From Guillardia theta CCMP2712 (lineage: Eukaryota > Protista > Cryptophyta): 51,350 bases of DNA. Shown here one piece after another: positions 1 through 13,900 of the stretch (positions within the stretch are counted from its first letter, which is position 1; every line of letters starts with the position of its first letter). Made by a program: the position numbers and the translations under genes. Location of the stretch: assembly GCF_000315625.1 (NCBI RefSeq), contig NW_005434462.1, forward strand, positions 1 to 51,350, in the 5' to 3' direction. The notes beneath the pieces were generated by a model that saw only the letters and a program-made list of their open reading frames with translations, had not been told where the DNA came from and ran no database searches.

Positions 1-65
1 GTCATCATCGTCATCTCCATCATCATCATCATGATCATCATCATCATCTCCATCATCATCATCAT

Positions 66-96
<31 letters not shown>

Positions 97-97
97 T
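1..97. repeat. (ATC)n microsatellite, intronic
   Basis: Directly visible ATC run. It creates the spurious poly-Ile ORF. Confidence 0.95.
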
Positions 98-139
98 CAG
101 CTCCCATCTCATGGCATCTCAATCAAAACAGCCGTCGGC

Positions 140-1049
140 TTACCTGCAAGTCTTTGACTCGCTTCGCCAACATGGGAGGAAGCTGCAGTTTTGCTTCAGC
201 TGCAAACCAAAGCAAGAGGGAACTGATGGTGATGGAGTAGGCGTGGCGAAGGAACAAGAGGAGGGAGAGGAGGAGAGGCGAGCTACGGAGCAGGACCTGC
301 AGCTTTAGAAACTTCGCGGACGCGTGTACTGTCTGTTCGCCTGCTCCTGATTGCGCGATGTCCAGCAGGTCCTGAAGTAGAAGTTGAGAGAGGTTTGATC
401 GCGAGACAGGAAGATCGAGACGAAGGCAACACACCTTGATGCCAACTTTGTAGTCAGGTCTCTCAGCTTGTTCCCAGATCAACAAGTTTCGTTGTGTAGT
501 ATTGAGTTTCATCAGATCGTCATACTTGTTGGAACGCCCCGACTCCTGTTCACCACAAACTTCAATCATCGACGAGAGAGCAGCAACGATCAACATCAGA
601 ACAAGAGAGAAACATGCGTGCAGGTATTGCGATCGTTCAGGCATGTGAGATAGCCGCAAAGAAACGAAAACATCGCATTGAAAGTTGTCAGCAACAGTTT
701 GCGAAAAGACATGTAACATTTTAATGGAGACTTATGTCGGGGTGAAGAGAGAGGTGGAAGAGCAGCGGGAGCACAACGAGGGCACAGAAGAGATGGAGAG
801 AAAAACCTGAGCCAAGGTAGAATGAGAAGACGATGACGAGGTCGAGCTCAACGACGACAAGGAACGGAAGTTTGGACTTGCAGGGGAGCGAGGCGAAGAG
901 GAGTGAGAGACTGTAGATGGAGCAAGAAAAGTAGAGGAGGCATAGGAGAAGGAGAAAGCAGAAGAGGAGAGGGAGGGAGGGAGGGAGGGGAGGGAGGAGG
1001 AGCAGGAGAAACTTCTCCACGACCGTCGCCAACAACGCGCAGTGAGCAT
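140..1049 (-). CDS. Mitochondrial pyruvate dehydrogenase kinase / branched-chain ketoacid dehydrogenase kinase family protein, 5' part (runs off the window start)
   Basis: Arg/Ser-rich transit-like N-terminus MLTARCWRRSWRSFS. GT-AG splicing gives ...VGIKDLLDIAQSGAGEQTVHASAKFLKLQLPPMLAKRVKDLQ, matching the PDK/BCKDK N-terminal pattern S-A-x-F-L-xx-(E)-L-P-xx-L-A-x-R-V-x-(E/D)-L. Confidence 0.7.
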
Positions 1050-1360
1050 GAAGCAGGGGAAAACTGGGGGGCAGGTCAAGGCAGGGATGGTCACGTGGGG
1101 GTGGGGTACATTGGTGACAGGGGTAGTCCCAGAGGAGCACATGCAATAGAAAGCAGGTGGAAATACAGGGGTACTCTGAAGAGTGTATGTGCAGTTGGGG
1201 GTGGGAGAATCAATTGTGGGGGTAGGGGTAGTACTGGGAAGGCCCCCTTTTGGGTGAAGGTTAGAACGTCGAAACTTTGATAGGTGTAAAGTTTAGATGT
1301 TTCAAGTTTAGAAGTTTCAAGGGCCGGAAGTTTGGAAGTTTGGAAGTTTCGGTCGAGACC

Positions 1361-3874
1361 ATGGAGGCGATGCAGCCGCTGGCTGTGAGTGCAGGGGGGC
1401 GACCGAAGCTGGAGGATGGCGAAGTTGAGGTGAGAGACATGCACGAACGGTGCTGAGAAGCCGATCCTGTGCTGATCATGTTGCGATGAGGAGGATGAGA
1501 TGAGGAGGATGGTGGTGAATGTGATAGAACTACAAGTGCGAACGCGATGCGTATGAGTTGGAAGGAACAGAAGAAGGTTTCAGCTATCCTGTGCCTGCTG
1601 CCTTGCAGGCAAGGATCAATGAGTGATATGAGGAAAACATCATTACAGCACCGATCAACATCACTCTGCATCGAGCCTGATCTCGCTCTGTCTTTCTCAG
1701 ATCAGAATGGAAACGGGTCTCAGCTTCTACAACAGGGACAAGAAGGTCTGTACATGCTCGTTCCTCATGCACATCGGAATCAGCCCATTGAATCAGCTTC
1801 CTTCAGCTGTACGCCGACGGCCTTGTGACCGTCACCACTCATCGCATTCTTCTTCAATACACAGAAGGCAAGCCTGCTTGAATCCCTCCCTCCCCACGAG
1901 CAGGGTTTCTCACAAGCATGGCAGTGAAGTGGTACCTCGAGCTACGGCTGATTGAGAACGTCACAGAGAAGGTAGGAGGAGGATCGTTGTGTCGCTCTGA
2001 TCTCCTGCAGTCCAAGATGTTCAGCTCTCCTCGCATCGTCTTGCATCTTTCAGGGGGCACACCGGGGGCGGGGGATCGATACGTCATGCTCTCGTTCCCT
2101 AAGGCTGAGCTCGATATGGATGATGAGACAGCAGCTGAAGCTGCCGCAGGGCTCCAAGGACTTGTTCCTCAAAGCGTTGAAGACTGGTAACTCCCTCCTG
2201 CCCTTCTACCTCCTCCCCGTTTTCTACCTTCTCCTCTACCTCCTCCTCTATCTCCTCCTCCTCCTCCTCGCCCTCTCTCAACATGGCCCAGCGCTGGCAG
2301 AGAAGTCTTGGCTGCACAAGGGCAACAAGATGGGAGCAGGGAGCGGCGAGACGCTGGGACAAGCAGCACAACCGAGGTTCAACGCAGGTGAGGACGGAGC
2401 AGGAAGAGGTGGTGGTACAGGAGGAGGAGGAGGAGGAGGAGGTGGTGGTGGTGGTGGAGGAGGAGGAGGTGATGGTACAGGAGGTGGAGGTGGAGGTGGT
2501 GATGGTACAGGAGGAGGAGGAAGAGGAGGAGGAGGAGGAGGAGGAGGAGACGGTGGTTGAAAGCTGCTGTAGGGATCGGGACGATCTTAGAGATGCAGGC
2601 GGCGCAAGTGAGTGAAGGGGCGCGAGGGAGGAGGAGCTTGTGACAGCTTCCTCCAGCAACGGGCGACGGGCGAAGTGATGGGGAGGTGAACCGCCGGCTT
2701 GATGCCCCCACCATGACTGATGCAGCTGCTGTCAGGCACTCTCAGACCTTGATAGCCTGATGACTCACGCGAAGAACATGGTGAGGGAGGTTGCGATCAG
2801 TCCTGCCATGGGGTAACGAGCTGTCAAGATCCTTATAGCCGAGAAGATGAAAGCCATGCTCTCCAGCGCTTCCTCTGACAGTCTCCTCTCTCGGCCTCCT
2901 CCCCCTCCTCCTCACTTCTTCACCTCGCAGGCAGCAGCGCGTCTCAGAGCGTGAAAAAGAGCGAGAAGGAGGAGTACGCGAACCTCCTGATGCAGACTGG
3001 CATCTTGAGCCCTGTAATGCTTAACTCCTCCTTCCTCAACCTCTTCCCCCCCTCTCCTCCACAACCATCACTTCCACCACCACTGTCTCCTCCTCCTCCT
3101 CCTTCTTCTGNNNNNNNNNNNNNNNNNNNNNNNNNNNNNNNNNNNNNNNNNNNNNNNNNNNNNNNNNNNNNNNNNNNNNNNNNNNNNNNNNNNNNNNNNN
3201 NNNNNNNNNNNNNNNNNNNNNNNNNNNNNNNNNNNNNNNNNNNNNNNNNNNNNNNNNNNNNNNNNNNNNNNNTGATATCGCCAGCGGATCTGAGAAAGGT
3301 AACGAGCTCCTCGAGACGGATTGCCCCTGCTGAAGTCCTGACGCAGGCTTGCGAGCTGTTTGAGCCCAAGGGAATCAAACTTCGGTCTCCTCCTCCTCCC
3401 CTGTAGATCTCAGTGACTGATTCTCCCTCAGGCTACATCAGTTCCGAAGTGGCGTTGTGGTGATCAAAAGAAAAGATGATGGAGTCCAGAACGAGGTTCC
3501 CTCCCCTCCCTTCCCCTTCCCCCCCCCCCCTCACCTCACCTCACCTCACTTCCCGTCCCTCTTCTGCTCTCCGCTCCAATCCCCTCCCCTGCTCTGCTCT
3601 CCCCTTCTCCCGCTCATGTCCGTGCAGAACGACGCCGTCGTCCAGATGCTCAAGGAGAGCGGGAGAGGAGTCAACGCCGCGCAGGCAGCCAAGGAGCTGG
3701 GCATGTCTGTGGCTGCTGCGCGAGAGCTGCTCAAGGTACTTGAGCTCCTGGTGTGCCCGCAGCGCTGACGGGGGAGGGAAGGAGGAGGAGAGGAGGGGGA
3801 CGATCTGCAGAGACGACAGCATAGAGGGTCTCAACTTCTACTTCAACGTCTTCTCAGGGTTCAAAGAGGAATGA
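1361..3874 (+). CDS. VPS36: ESCRT-II subunit Vps36/EAP45 (GLUE domain + winged helices), multi-exon, spans an N gap
   Basis: Exons read MEAMQPLAVSAGGRPKLEDGEVE, LVTVTTHRIL, SKMFSSPRIVLHL, YVMLSF, ALSDLDSLMTHAKNM, GILSPV, ISPADLRK and C-terminal EEERRGTICRDDSIEGLNFYFNVF, the typical Vps36 ending. Confidence 0.9.
2400..2550. repeat. (GGA/GGT)n low-complexity repeat in a VPS36 intron
   Basis: Visible trinucleotide runs. Confidence 0.9.
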
Positions 3875-4374
3875 AACTAAACCACCCGATCATAAACTCC
3901 CGCTTCACAAGATAGGTTATGAGCCTGGGCCAGACCGCCGGGCCGGCCGCAAGTTCAAAGTTTACGGGCTGTGACTGAGCCGGCCAGTTGGGGCACCGGC
4001 CCGGCCCGGCCGGGGCGACCGTCAGTCCGGTCTTGTCACTGAGTAGCCCGGCCTGAGCGCCTCCAACTCAGGAGTCCGGGCCCACTGTGAAACGGCTGTA
4101 ACGGATTGAGTCAACTAGAGTCGGTCAAGTCGAAGGGTTATATTGTCGTGTCAGGGGGTGGGGGTGATATTGAAGGGGGTAAGGTTTGAAAAGTAGGGGT
4201 CATTTGGATATGAACACTGTTTAAATTTAGGGTGGTAGGGGTAATGCATCGTGGGGTAGGGGTAACAGAGATCCAAAGATGGGGGTGGGGGTATACAATC
4301 AATATGATCATGGACAACACTTAGCAGCATATGATCATGGACAACACTTAGCAGCAGAAGCTGCGAACAGCAAG

Positions 4375-4535
4375 AGAGGAAGAGGAAGAGAGAGAGGAAG
4401 AGAGGAAGAGGAAGAGGAAGAGAGAGAGGAAGAGAGAGAGGAAGAGAGGAAGAGGAAGAGAGAGAGGAAGAGAGGAAGAGAGAGAGGAAGAGAGGAAGAG
4501 AGAGAGGAAGATGAAAAGCAGGAGAGGGAGGAGGA
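4375..4535. repeat. GA-rich purine tract, preceded by a 27-bp tandem duplication at about 4302-4356
   Basis: GAGAGGAA-type units; ATATGATCATGGACAACACTTAGCAGC occurs twice. Confidence 0.9.
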
Positions 4536-4965
4536 AAGCACTAAAGACGAGAGATAGCTCGAACAAGTGCATGCGATGGTGAAGGCAAAATGACTAACAA
4601 TAGACTGATGTGCGTCGGAAGGAAGGATATACGGAGAGGATGGAAGAACACATAGAGAGCAGAGAGCATGGATCCTGCACCAAGACGACGAAGGGTTTGG
4701 ATTAGTCTGAGGAGGTTGAATGGATTTGAAACACAAGAATGTGAAGAAGAGGATATGCCATCTGCGGTGTTGTTGAGATTAACTCTGTTGCAGGGATAGA
4801 GAAAACACGGTGATACACAGGAGATGAGAAGATGAGGAGCATTCAGACACACAGGCACACGAGCTGGGTGTGAAGGCGTACTTTCAGGATCTTGGGGTGA
4901 AATCAACTTGTCTTGTCAAAGCGTGGTGCACGGCGGCTGCCAGCCATGATTGATCGTAACAAGGC

Positions 4966-7900
4966 ATGAGTGAGAGAACAGCGATGGTTCTACCGAGTTT
5001 CCCTTTGCTCCAGTCCTACTTTTACAAGTCTTCATATGGCGTCAGGCCTTCTTCGACTCTTGTTGCTCTCAGCCTGCTTCTACTCGCTCTCCCTCCCTCT
5101 CTCCCTCAACAAGTCTCCGTCACGGCCTTGAACTACGTGGTCACACCTGGCCGGCTTGTCGCTCGTCAGCCCTTCCGCGATCAGCCGATCCTCGAGCTCC
5201 TCAACTCGTCTATGGTAAGGGAAGTGCGAGACAGCAGCAGCCAGGTCCAGGTGATGATCAACTCGGGAGAGCTCTACGGCAAGTCCATCGTACAGGTCGA
5301 GCAGCTGAAGAGACTCGCGTCCTGCTGACGGGGGTGCAGGCGACGGGCGGGCTCGCTGTCTTCACTGACCTTATGCTGCCCACTGCGGGCTCGACGTTCA
5401 AGCTCACGTTCCAGATCTCTGGCTCAGCCATCATCTTAACTTTTCCGAAAGAACCTAACTCTAACTTCGCCGTGTCGGTAAGAGCCCAGCTCCTCGACCA
5501 GCTGGTAGACGCTGAAAGCTTCTGCAGGCTCCTGTGGGAAGATTCAGGTACTCAGCAAACATCCCCAACAGCTGGGGAGCAGTACAGGCTGGGGTGCCGA
5601 TGAACCCCTCCCCTGCCGTGGACCTGATTAACGACAACGAAGTGATTGTCCAAGACGCCTACATTGCCGTCTACCTCCAGCTGACGGCCAGCTCCTCCCC
5701 GAGCCCGTTCCCTCCTCTCCAGCCGACCCTCCCCCTCACCGAGAGCTCGTGCTGCAGGCAGGCTAACTGCGAGGCCTTGAAGAGCTACACGAACGTTTGC
5801 TGCGACTGCTCGTCGGCCGCCTGCCTCTTCTGTCGGGTCCCAAACGCAGGAGTTGTCTCTTTCACGGACTTGGTGATCAACAAGGCTGGCACATACTCCC
5901 TCGCCTTCAGCTCCACCCTCTACTTCCTCGGCCAGTCCTCTGTCATCAGGCTCGCCCCGACGGGGAGCCTTCAGATCGTCCCGGGAGTCATCGATCGCAT
6001 CGTCCTCCTGAACCAGCCGACGGTAGCGAAGATCGGGAACACGACGGGATTTGAGAGCGCTCTGTTTCCCCAGCAGCCTTCGGGCTCCTTCAGTGACAAT
6101 CAGCTCAACCCGATATTCGTCACTGGATCCTACGCCTCCTCGGTCTTCGTCGCCATTCCCTGCCTCGACTACACCGACGCGCTGGCCGACCCTCCTCCCG
6201 TCCCCATCTGCAACTGCTCGGACTCCTCTTGCCTCGGAGCCCCCGTCTACATCGCTGAGGGGATCGCGCTGGGGCAGGTGGGGCTGACAGGCAACGTGGC
6301 GGCCAAGTATTCGACGACGACAGGGGCAGCGACCTTCACGGATCTCGGTGAGAGGAGAGAGAAGGAGGAAGGGAGGGGAAGGGAGGGAAGGAGTAGAAGC
6401 TGAGATTGTCTACACAGGTACTTACATCTCGCGCTCCGACTTTCGTCTTGCATTCCGTATCAGTGTCGACAGCTTCTTCGAGCAGATCTCTGTCTTGACC
6501 AACCCCATCTACATCTCCCCAGGCAAGCTGGTCTCTCTCTCCTTCCTCTACCAGCCCTCTGCCTCTCGCTCCCCCTCCTGCTCCAGATGTCCGGTCGGGA
6601 CTTTCGTGGTGAACACGCCGGTCAACGTGTCGGTGAAGCTGAGGGACTTCTACGGCAACATCATCTCGTCCTGCAGCGACTCCTCTGTCTTCTGCAGCGG
6701 CGTGCCTTCCAGCCAGGTGGCGCTGACGGAGCTCGTGACGAGCATGGGGAACGTGTCACTGGGCAAGGCGTTCATCCGACAGGCTTCACGAGGCGTTGCC
6801 TCCTTCACGGACATTGTCTTCACCCGGGCCGCTCCCTCCAACAGGTTCATCGTCGTTGCTCCTTCCACCGACTTCGTGAGCGGCAAGACCATCGAAGTCT
6901 CTACCCTCTCCAACTCTTTCTTGCTCGTCAGCGGCCCCCCCTCAAGGATGTCCGTCGCTCCAGTCTTCGCAGCTGAGAACGAGATCTTCCCCTCCCCTCT
7001 CACTGTCGTCCTCCTCGACCAGTGGGGCAACGTCGCGTCCAGCGACTGCCATGAGGGCTGCGCGACTGAGTCAGGAACGTGCGAGGCCGAGAGTCTCCGC
7101 TGCTCTCCTACCGTCCTCGTCTCTCTCCTCCCAAGCTCTCCGCAGGCACTGCTGCTCGGGTCCAGCAACGTCACGTCGGAGAAGGGAGTCGCTCGCTTCC
7201 CGGATCTGCGCGTGGCCGTGCAGAACCCCAGCTGCGGCATGTGGACCGCGAGCTCGTCGACCTTCACAGTGGAGGTGAGGGTGATGCTGGCGGACGGGAG
7301 CAGGACGTTCACGAGCACGGGCTCCGTCGTTGTCGCTCACGGGGCCAGCAGTCTGCTCCTCCCGACATCCGGGCAGCCGCAGACGAGCGTCGCCACTGAG
7401 ACTTTCAGGAATCCGGTGATAGTGCAGGTCATGGACTGCTTCCTAAGAAACGTCGAGAACGCTTCCTCATACGTGTCTGTGAGGATTCAGGACAACCCGT
7501 CCGGCGCCTTCCTCTCGGGAACCTCGCGCGTAAAGGCGGCAGGAGGAAGCGCTATCTTCACGGACCTCAGCCTGGACAAGGACGGCTCGGGCTACTCTCT
7601 CCTCTTCTCCTACGAGGGCTTCACCTCCGTCACCCCCGTCACCTCCTCCTCCTTCGACGTGATCAAGCAGGTCTCCCTCCTCCAGCTCGCAGAGTTTCCG
7701 ACGGGCAACCAGACGAGCGGCTCCCTGCTCAAGGCGCAGCCGCGGGTGATCCTGCGCGACTCGTCGCAACAGCAGGTGTCCCTGTCTCAGGCCGAGGTCA
7801 GCGTAGTCCTCCTCCAAAACCCCGCGCTGCTGCAGCCGCAGGACCCGAACAACTCTCCTCTCCTCGGGACCACCACAGTCAAGGCCAGCGCAGGGCAGGC

Positions 7901-10900
7901 GATCTTCACGGACCTGATGCTGCTCAAGGCGTCAGTGGGGCAGGGGTTGCAGCAGGAGGGCTACGTCCTCCGCTTCCTCTTCCGCAACTCCATCGTGACT
8001 GACGGCAGCCCCTTCAAGGTCCTGCCGGGCAGCTGGTCGCAGCTCTTCATCCTCCCCTCCTCTCAGCCCGTCACCTCCGTCGCTGGGCTGCCGCTCGCCG
8101 TGCAGCCTCGCGTGCTGCTGACCGACCTGAACAAGAACCTCGTGCTGCCCAGCCAGCTCCCAGCAGGAATCAAGGTCAACGTGTCCCTCCTCGTGGACGG
8201 GCAGACGCAGACGAGGGTGGGGATACAAGCGGACGGCTGCCAGGAGCGATGTGTCGGAGAGTTTCCCACCTCCTGCTCCACCTGCCCCGACCACTCCCTG
8301 CTCGCCTCCGCCAGCTATGCGGCGTTCACCAACCTCCGCATCGATCAGAGCAGTTCCCGGTACTCCCTCTTCTTCTCCGCCGTCTCCTCCTCCGGCCTGC
8401 CCCTCGGCTTCAACACCACCAGCCGAGTCTTCACGGTGGTCAACAGCGAGCCATCCTTCGTCCTGGTCGCCCGCCAGCCCTCCAAGCTCAACTTCGCCGA
8501 CAAGCCTCTCCTCCAGCAGCCGCAGGTCAGCGTCCGCGATCGGTTCGGGAACGAGGCGTCAGAATTGAGGGAAGGAGAACTGCACGTGCGGGTGGAACTG
8601 AAGGAGGGGAAGGTGGGGAAGCTGCGGTGCTACCCGCTGCTCTCCTACTTCGACGGGACGTTCAACGTGCGCGTGCTCAACGGGACCTCCTCCTTCACCG
8701 ACCTCGCGGTCCGTCGAGCCATGACGTCCTTCCAGTTCAGCTTCTCCCTCTCCTCAAACCCCAACATCTCCACCACCTCCGACCTCTTCGACGTCGACCC
8801 GGGGCAGACCATCGGTCTCTGCAACATCTCCCTCCCTGACCGCTGCTCCTCCTTCTCCCCCTGCCTCGACCCCGGCAAGATCTCCTGCGTCGACGCCTAC
8901 GGCAACGTCCAGCCCTCCTGCTCCACCTGCTTCGGGTCGGACTGCGGCCTCGGGCCCCTTGTCCCCTACCCTGTCGGCGTCTCCTCCAACTGCGTAGGGA
9001 AGGTTTGCATGATCCTGGTGGCGGGCCCAGCAGGCGCGAGGGTCTCGCTCGCCTCCTCCCCCTCCGTCCACTGCAACGACGACAACCTGACCCTCATCAG
9101 CGGCAGCTTCCCCTGCTCCAGCTCGCTCGTAGCTGGGGTGTCGACCTTCAGCGGTGTGACCTTCACCTCGGCCTCCCTGCGGTACCAGCTCAAGTTCTTC
9201 ACGTTCGTGGTCAACCCGAGGACGCGGACGATCCTCGAGTGGTCCTACCTGTCGCCTCCCATCGAGAACCTTCTGCAGAGCCCTCGCATCTCCCTCGCCT
9301 TCTTCTCCCAGCAGTCCATGGGCACCATCCTCGTCACCTTCGACCGCCCGACCAACTTGAATCAGATCCCCGACCCCTCCAAGCAGTTCGACTGCCTCGA
9401 CGTCTTCGCCTCTGCCTTCGCCTCCTCCCTCGGCGACTCCCCCACCTGCACCTGGCTCAACGCCTCTGTCCTCCAGATCATCGTCGGCAGCAACCCGCTG
9501 GTAAACGCTTCCTCCACCGTCCTGCTCAGCAGCAAGTCCAACATCACCTTCGAGAGCGAGCTGGAGGGCGTCCGCCTCGCCTCCCTCCCCGCCACCACAA
9601 ATGTCGGGCAGGTGGTGGGAGGAGTTCCGATCACAGCCGTCAACGTCTCCCTCCCTGCCTCCCTCCCCCAGCCGGAGATCTTGATCCTTGGCCCGGACGT
9701 GCTCAGTTCATGCGACTACATTACCGCTGACGCCAGCCTGACGACGGGAGCAGCGTCGAGGGCGTTCAAGGAGGTCAGCTGGGCCCTGGACTACCAGCAG
9801 TCGTACCTCTCCTCAGGTCTTCTCGCCAGCACGGAGACTGTCTCGCAGTTTGTGATCCGCCAGGTTTCCTTCCAGTCGCTCATGCCCCTGGACCTCAACC
9901 TCGTCCGCCTCTTCTTCCGCGGCAACTCCTCCCTCCTCCCCAACACCACCATCGTCATCTCCGGCCTCCCCCCCTACAACTTCTCCCTCAACGTCTCCCT
10001 CACCAGCTGCTTCGACAACGACGGCATCTGCGCAGCGATCCCCCTCGCAGGCAACGGCTCCTACCTCTTCGCAGGCAGCTCCTCGGTCAACTCCTCGGCC
10101 CAGCCCTTCCTGCACCATCGCATCGCGAGCAACCGACTCGACACGCTGCTGCTGCGCCTTCATCCTTCCCACAGGATGCGACCGGAGGACGAGCACGTCA
10201 TCGAGTTCAACCTCACCAACCCATCGCTTCCCTTCCCCTCCCAGTCCCTCAGCCTCGCCGTCACCTGCCCCAGCTGCGCATGCAACGACGCCGTCTGCTC
10301 CTCCAAGAGGTCCTCCAACCAGCCCCCCGTCACCCTCCTCGCCAAGTGCGCGGACGAGCCCTGCTTGACTCCAGCTACCTACTCCCTGCTGGACCCCAGC
10401 ATCCTCCTCTCGGCCTCCGTCACTGAGACCGTCCGGGTCAACTCAGCCGTCAACTCGCTCGTCCTCTCCATCACCGTCCCGCAGGCCATCGCGGCGAGGT
10501 CTGCCTTCCTCCTCACGGGCCTTCCTTCCCAGCTCAGCGGCTTCCAGCTCCTCTGCGCGCAGGAGACGAGCGGCAGCTTCCTGCAGTCCTTTGGCTGCGC
10601 AGACAAGACGTCGCTGCTCTACGACTGGCTGCCCTCCTCCTCCTCCTTCACCTTCTATGCCCGCAACGACTCGCTCATCCCAGCTGGGACCAAGCTGAGC
10701 CTTGTCTTCAAGGTCAACAACGTCATGAGCATCAGCCGGCAGGCCTGCTCCCAGCTCCCCCCCAGCTCCTGCCCGTCGCTCTTCCAGCTCTCTCTCCGCG
10801 TCTCCTACAACCCAGCCACTGTGCTGCTCAAGCCGGCTTCTCCCGTAGCTGGGGACGTGCTGGGGCGGGAGAGGCGGCAAGCTGGGCCTCGTCATTGCTG

Positions 10901-13900
10901 ACGGTATGGCAGCCCTCGCGGGAGTCGGCGGGTTGGATCTTTCTCGAGCTAAGCGTCAACGTGGACGTGCAGGAGGGAGCGACGCTTGAGGTGACGAACC
11001 TGCCGGGGAGGAAGGAGGAGAGGACGATGTTCCTGCGGTACCAGAAGGCGGACGGGAGTCAGCAGACCTCCCAGACTTGCCTCCTCCCCCAGCTCACCGT
11101 CTCCTCGACCAGCAGCTGGAGGCTGCAGGCGGGTTGTGACATCCAAGCTCACTCCAAGTTTGCGCTGCTACTGCGAGTCGGCGACCTGCTGGGCTCGAAC
11201 TTCTCGTCCTCGACCTTCGTGACGGTGACGGTGGGAGCGGCCAGCTGCTCACTCTGCCTGCCCCTCTCGTGCTCCTGCAACAACGTGAACTACCAGGCCT
11301 GGCGCACCAGCCCCTTCAGCTTCCGGCAGTCCCTCCTGGAGCCCTCGAGCGACAACTTCCGCTTCACCTTCCTCTCCGTGCAGGAGAGCAACCGGGTTCC
11401 CTATCAAGGCAACAATCTCTCCTTCTCCTTCGCCCTCTCCGTCTCCTCCTTCCCTTCTGCCAACGTCACCATCACCGGCTTGACAGGCCTCCGCCTCCCT
11501 CCTGGACCTGCTCGCCTCTTCTCCTCCTCGGGGGCTCTTCACCCCAACGTCTCTCAGGGCAGCATCTTCTTCGACGAGCAGCTGGGCGTCCTCTCCTTCG
11601 CCGTCTCCTCCTCCATCACCGCAGGCGTCAAGTTTGACTTCACGTGCTCCTTCAGCAACGGCAACCGACAGGCCAACACGACGAGCAGGCAGAGCATCGT
11701 CCTCAACGCGCTCGTCAACACCTGCGACCCCGCGCAGCAGCAGCGCTGCTCCTACCTCGCCGACAGCCAGCAGGCAGCCCAACTCATGACTGCAGCAGGA
11801 AATTTCTCGCAGACGATTCTGACAGGACAGGATCCTCCGGCGATGCTGGAGGGATCGATCCGCGATTCTTCCCGAGCTGTCTCAGCTCTCAACGTGCTGC
11901 TCGTCCAGCTCTCCTTCAACTTCGCGCTCCCTCCCGCCACCAACCTGACGCTCTCGCGCCTCAACGGCAAGACCGTCGGAGGGTCTTCGATCCTCGGCAT
12001 CACAGCCGTCAACGACTTCAACCTCCTCCTCCCCAACGCCTCCTGCTCCTCCGGCGCCACCTCCTCCTACGAGCAGCAGATGCGCGTCTGGCAGCCTGAC
12101 GTGTACCAGGATGGGGGGAACTTGTTCGGCCGGCAGGTCATGGGAGGAGGAGGATCGCTCGTGTTCCCCAACGCCGTCGGCTCCTTGACCTACGACTCCA
12201 GCAGCGCCGTCTTGTTTCTCCAGACCGATCCCACCAAGACCTTCCCTGCTCGCCGGCTCCTTCAGTTCGCCTTCACGCTGGTCAACCCTCCCTCCCTCCT
12301 TTCCTCCGCCCCCGTCCTCCTCTCCGTGAGCTGCCCGGCCAGCGGCGGTGGCGACCCCGTGCGACTGACGGACGCGGAGCTGGTGGGTCAGGTGTTGTCG
12401 CCCTCGCAGACGAGCTGCGGGTACCGAACGCTCGCGATCAAGGAGGAGAGCAGCGTGCTGTCAGCCAACAACCTCATCACCGTCTCCATCGCCTCCTCCT
12501 GCCCCATCCTCTCCTTCCCCTCCCTCTTCGCCTCCATCACCATCACAGGACTCACGGGCTACACCACTCCTACCGGCCTCCTCCCCCTCTCCGGCCCCAA
12601 CGTCCAGCAGGCGTCCTGCAGAGGCTACGGCAACTGGAGCAGAGAGCTTGCTTCCCTCATCTTGGTCTCCCCGTGGCTTCCGGGCGACTGTCCGACGGGC
12701 GTCGCGTGTCCCTTCGGAGCTCCGATCAGCTTCTCCTTCTACCTCCGCAACCGAGACTCCGTCGCCGCGGGTCAGAGCTTCCCTCAGATCTCGGTCAGTT
12801 CCTCCCTCAGCTGACCCCTCAGCTGACCCCTCCGCTCGCCTCTGACGCCTGGCAGGCCCGCACGAGCGTCGGGAGCGCCAGCCTCCTCCTGCCCCTCACT
12901 GACTTCGGGGGCGTCTCGCTCGGGCGCGCGACAGGGCAGGCGCAGGTGACGGAGGCGCTGGTGAATCAAAACTCAACGGTGAGGAGGAGGAGGAGGAGGA
13001 GGAGGAGGAGGGGCCGGGGGGACGGCAGGTAATGAGACTGATGCTCAGGTGGCCTCATCATGGAACAATCTTTCCTTCTCCTTCTCCTTTAACGTTGAGC
13101 TGTGGTCNNNNNNNNNNNNNNNNNNNNNNNNNNNNNNNNNNNNNNNNNNNNNNNNNNNNNNNNNNNNNNNNNNNNNNNNNNNNNNNNNNNNNNNNNNNNN
13201 NNNNNNNNNNNNNNNNNNNNNNNNNNNNNNNNNNNNNNNNNNNNNNNNNNNNNNNNNNNNNNNNNNNNNNNNNNNNNNNNNNNNNNNNNNNNNNNNNNNN
13301 NNNNNNNNNNNNNNNNNNNNNNNNNNNNNNNNNNNNNNNNNNNNNNNNNNNNNNNNNNNNNNNNNNNNNNNNNNNNNNNNNNNNNNNNNNNNNNNNNNNN
13401 NNNNNNNNNNNNNNNNNNNNNNNNNNNNNNNNNNNNNNNNNNNNNNNNNNNNNNNNNNNNNNNNNNNNNNNNNNNNNNNNNNNNNNNNNNNNNNNNNNNN
13501 NNNNNNNNNNNNNNNNNNNNNNNNNNNNNNNNNNNNNNNNNNNNNNNNNNNNNNNNNNNNNNNNNNNNNNNNNNNNNNNNNNNNNNNNNNNNNNNNNNNN
13601 NNNNNNNNNNNNNNNNNNNNNNNNNNNNNNNNNNNNNNNNNNNNNNNNNNNNNNNNNNNNNNNNNNNNNNNNNNNNNNNNNNNNNNNNNNNNNNNNNNNN
13701 NNNNNNNNNNNNNNNNNNNNNNNNNNNNNNNNNNNNNNNNNNNNNNTCCTCACTCTGCCTCCCATCTAGCCCTGTCGTCTTATCTTCATCCTCCTCATCC
13801 TATCATCGTGTCATCCTCCATATTGTGTTCTCCATCTCGCTTCTCCTCTTGAAGCAGCTGCAGTGGCTCGAGCCATCAACTACATCACCGTCGGCCTCAC

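Noticed and set aside
1265-1350. GAAGTTT(G) short repeats as a telomere-like tract
   Set aside because: Only a few degenerate units in a promoter region, so no support for a telomeric origin.
2099-2714. Poly-Ser/Gly/Glu/His ORFs (likewise at 4335, 29337, 32502 and 47988)
   Set aside because: Translations of intronic or intergenic microsatellites.
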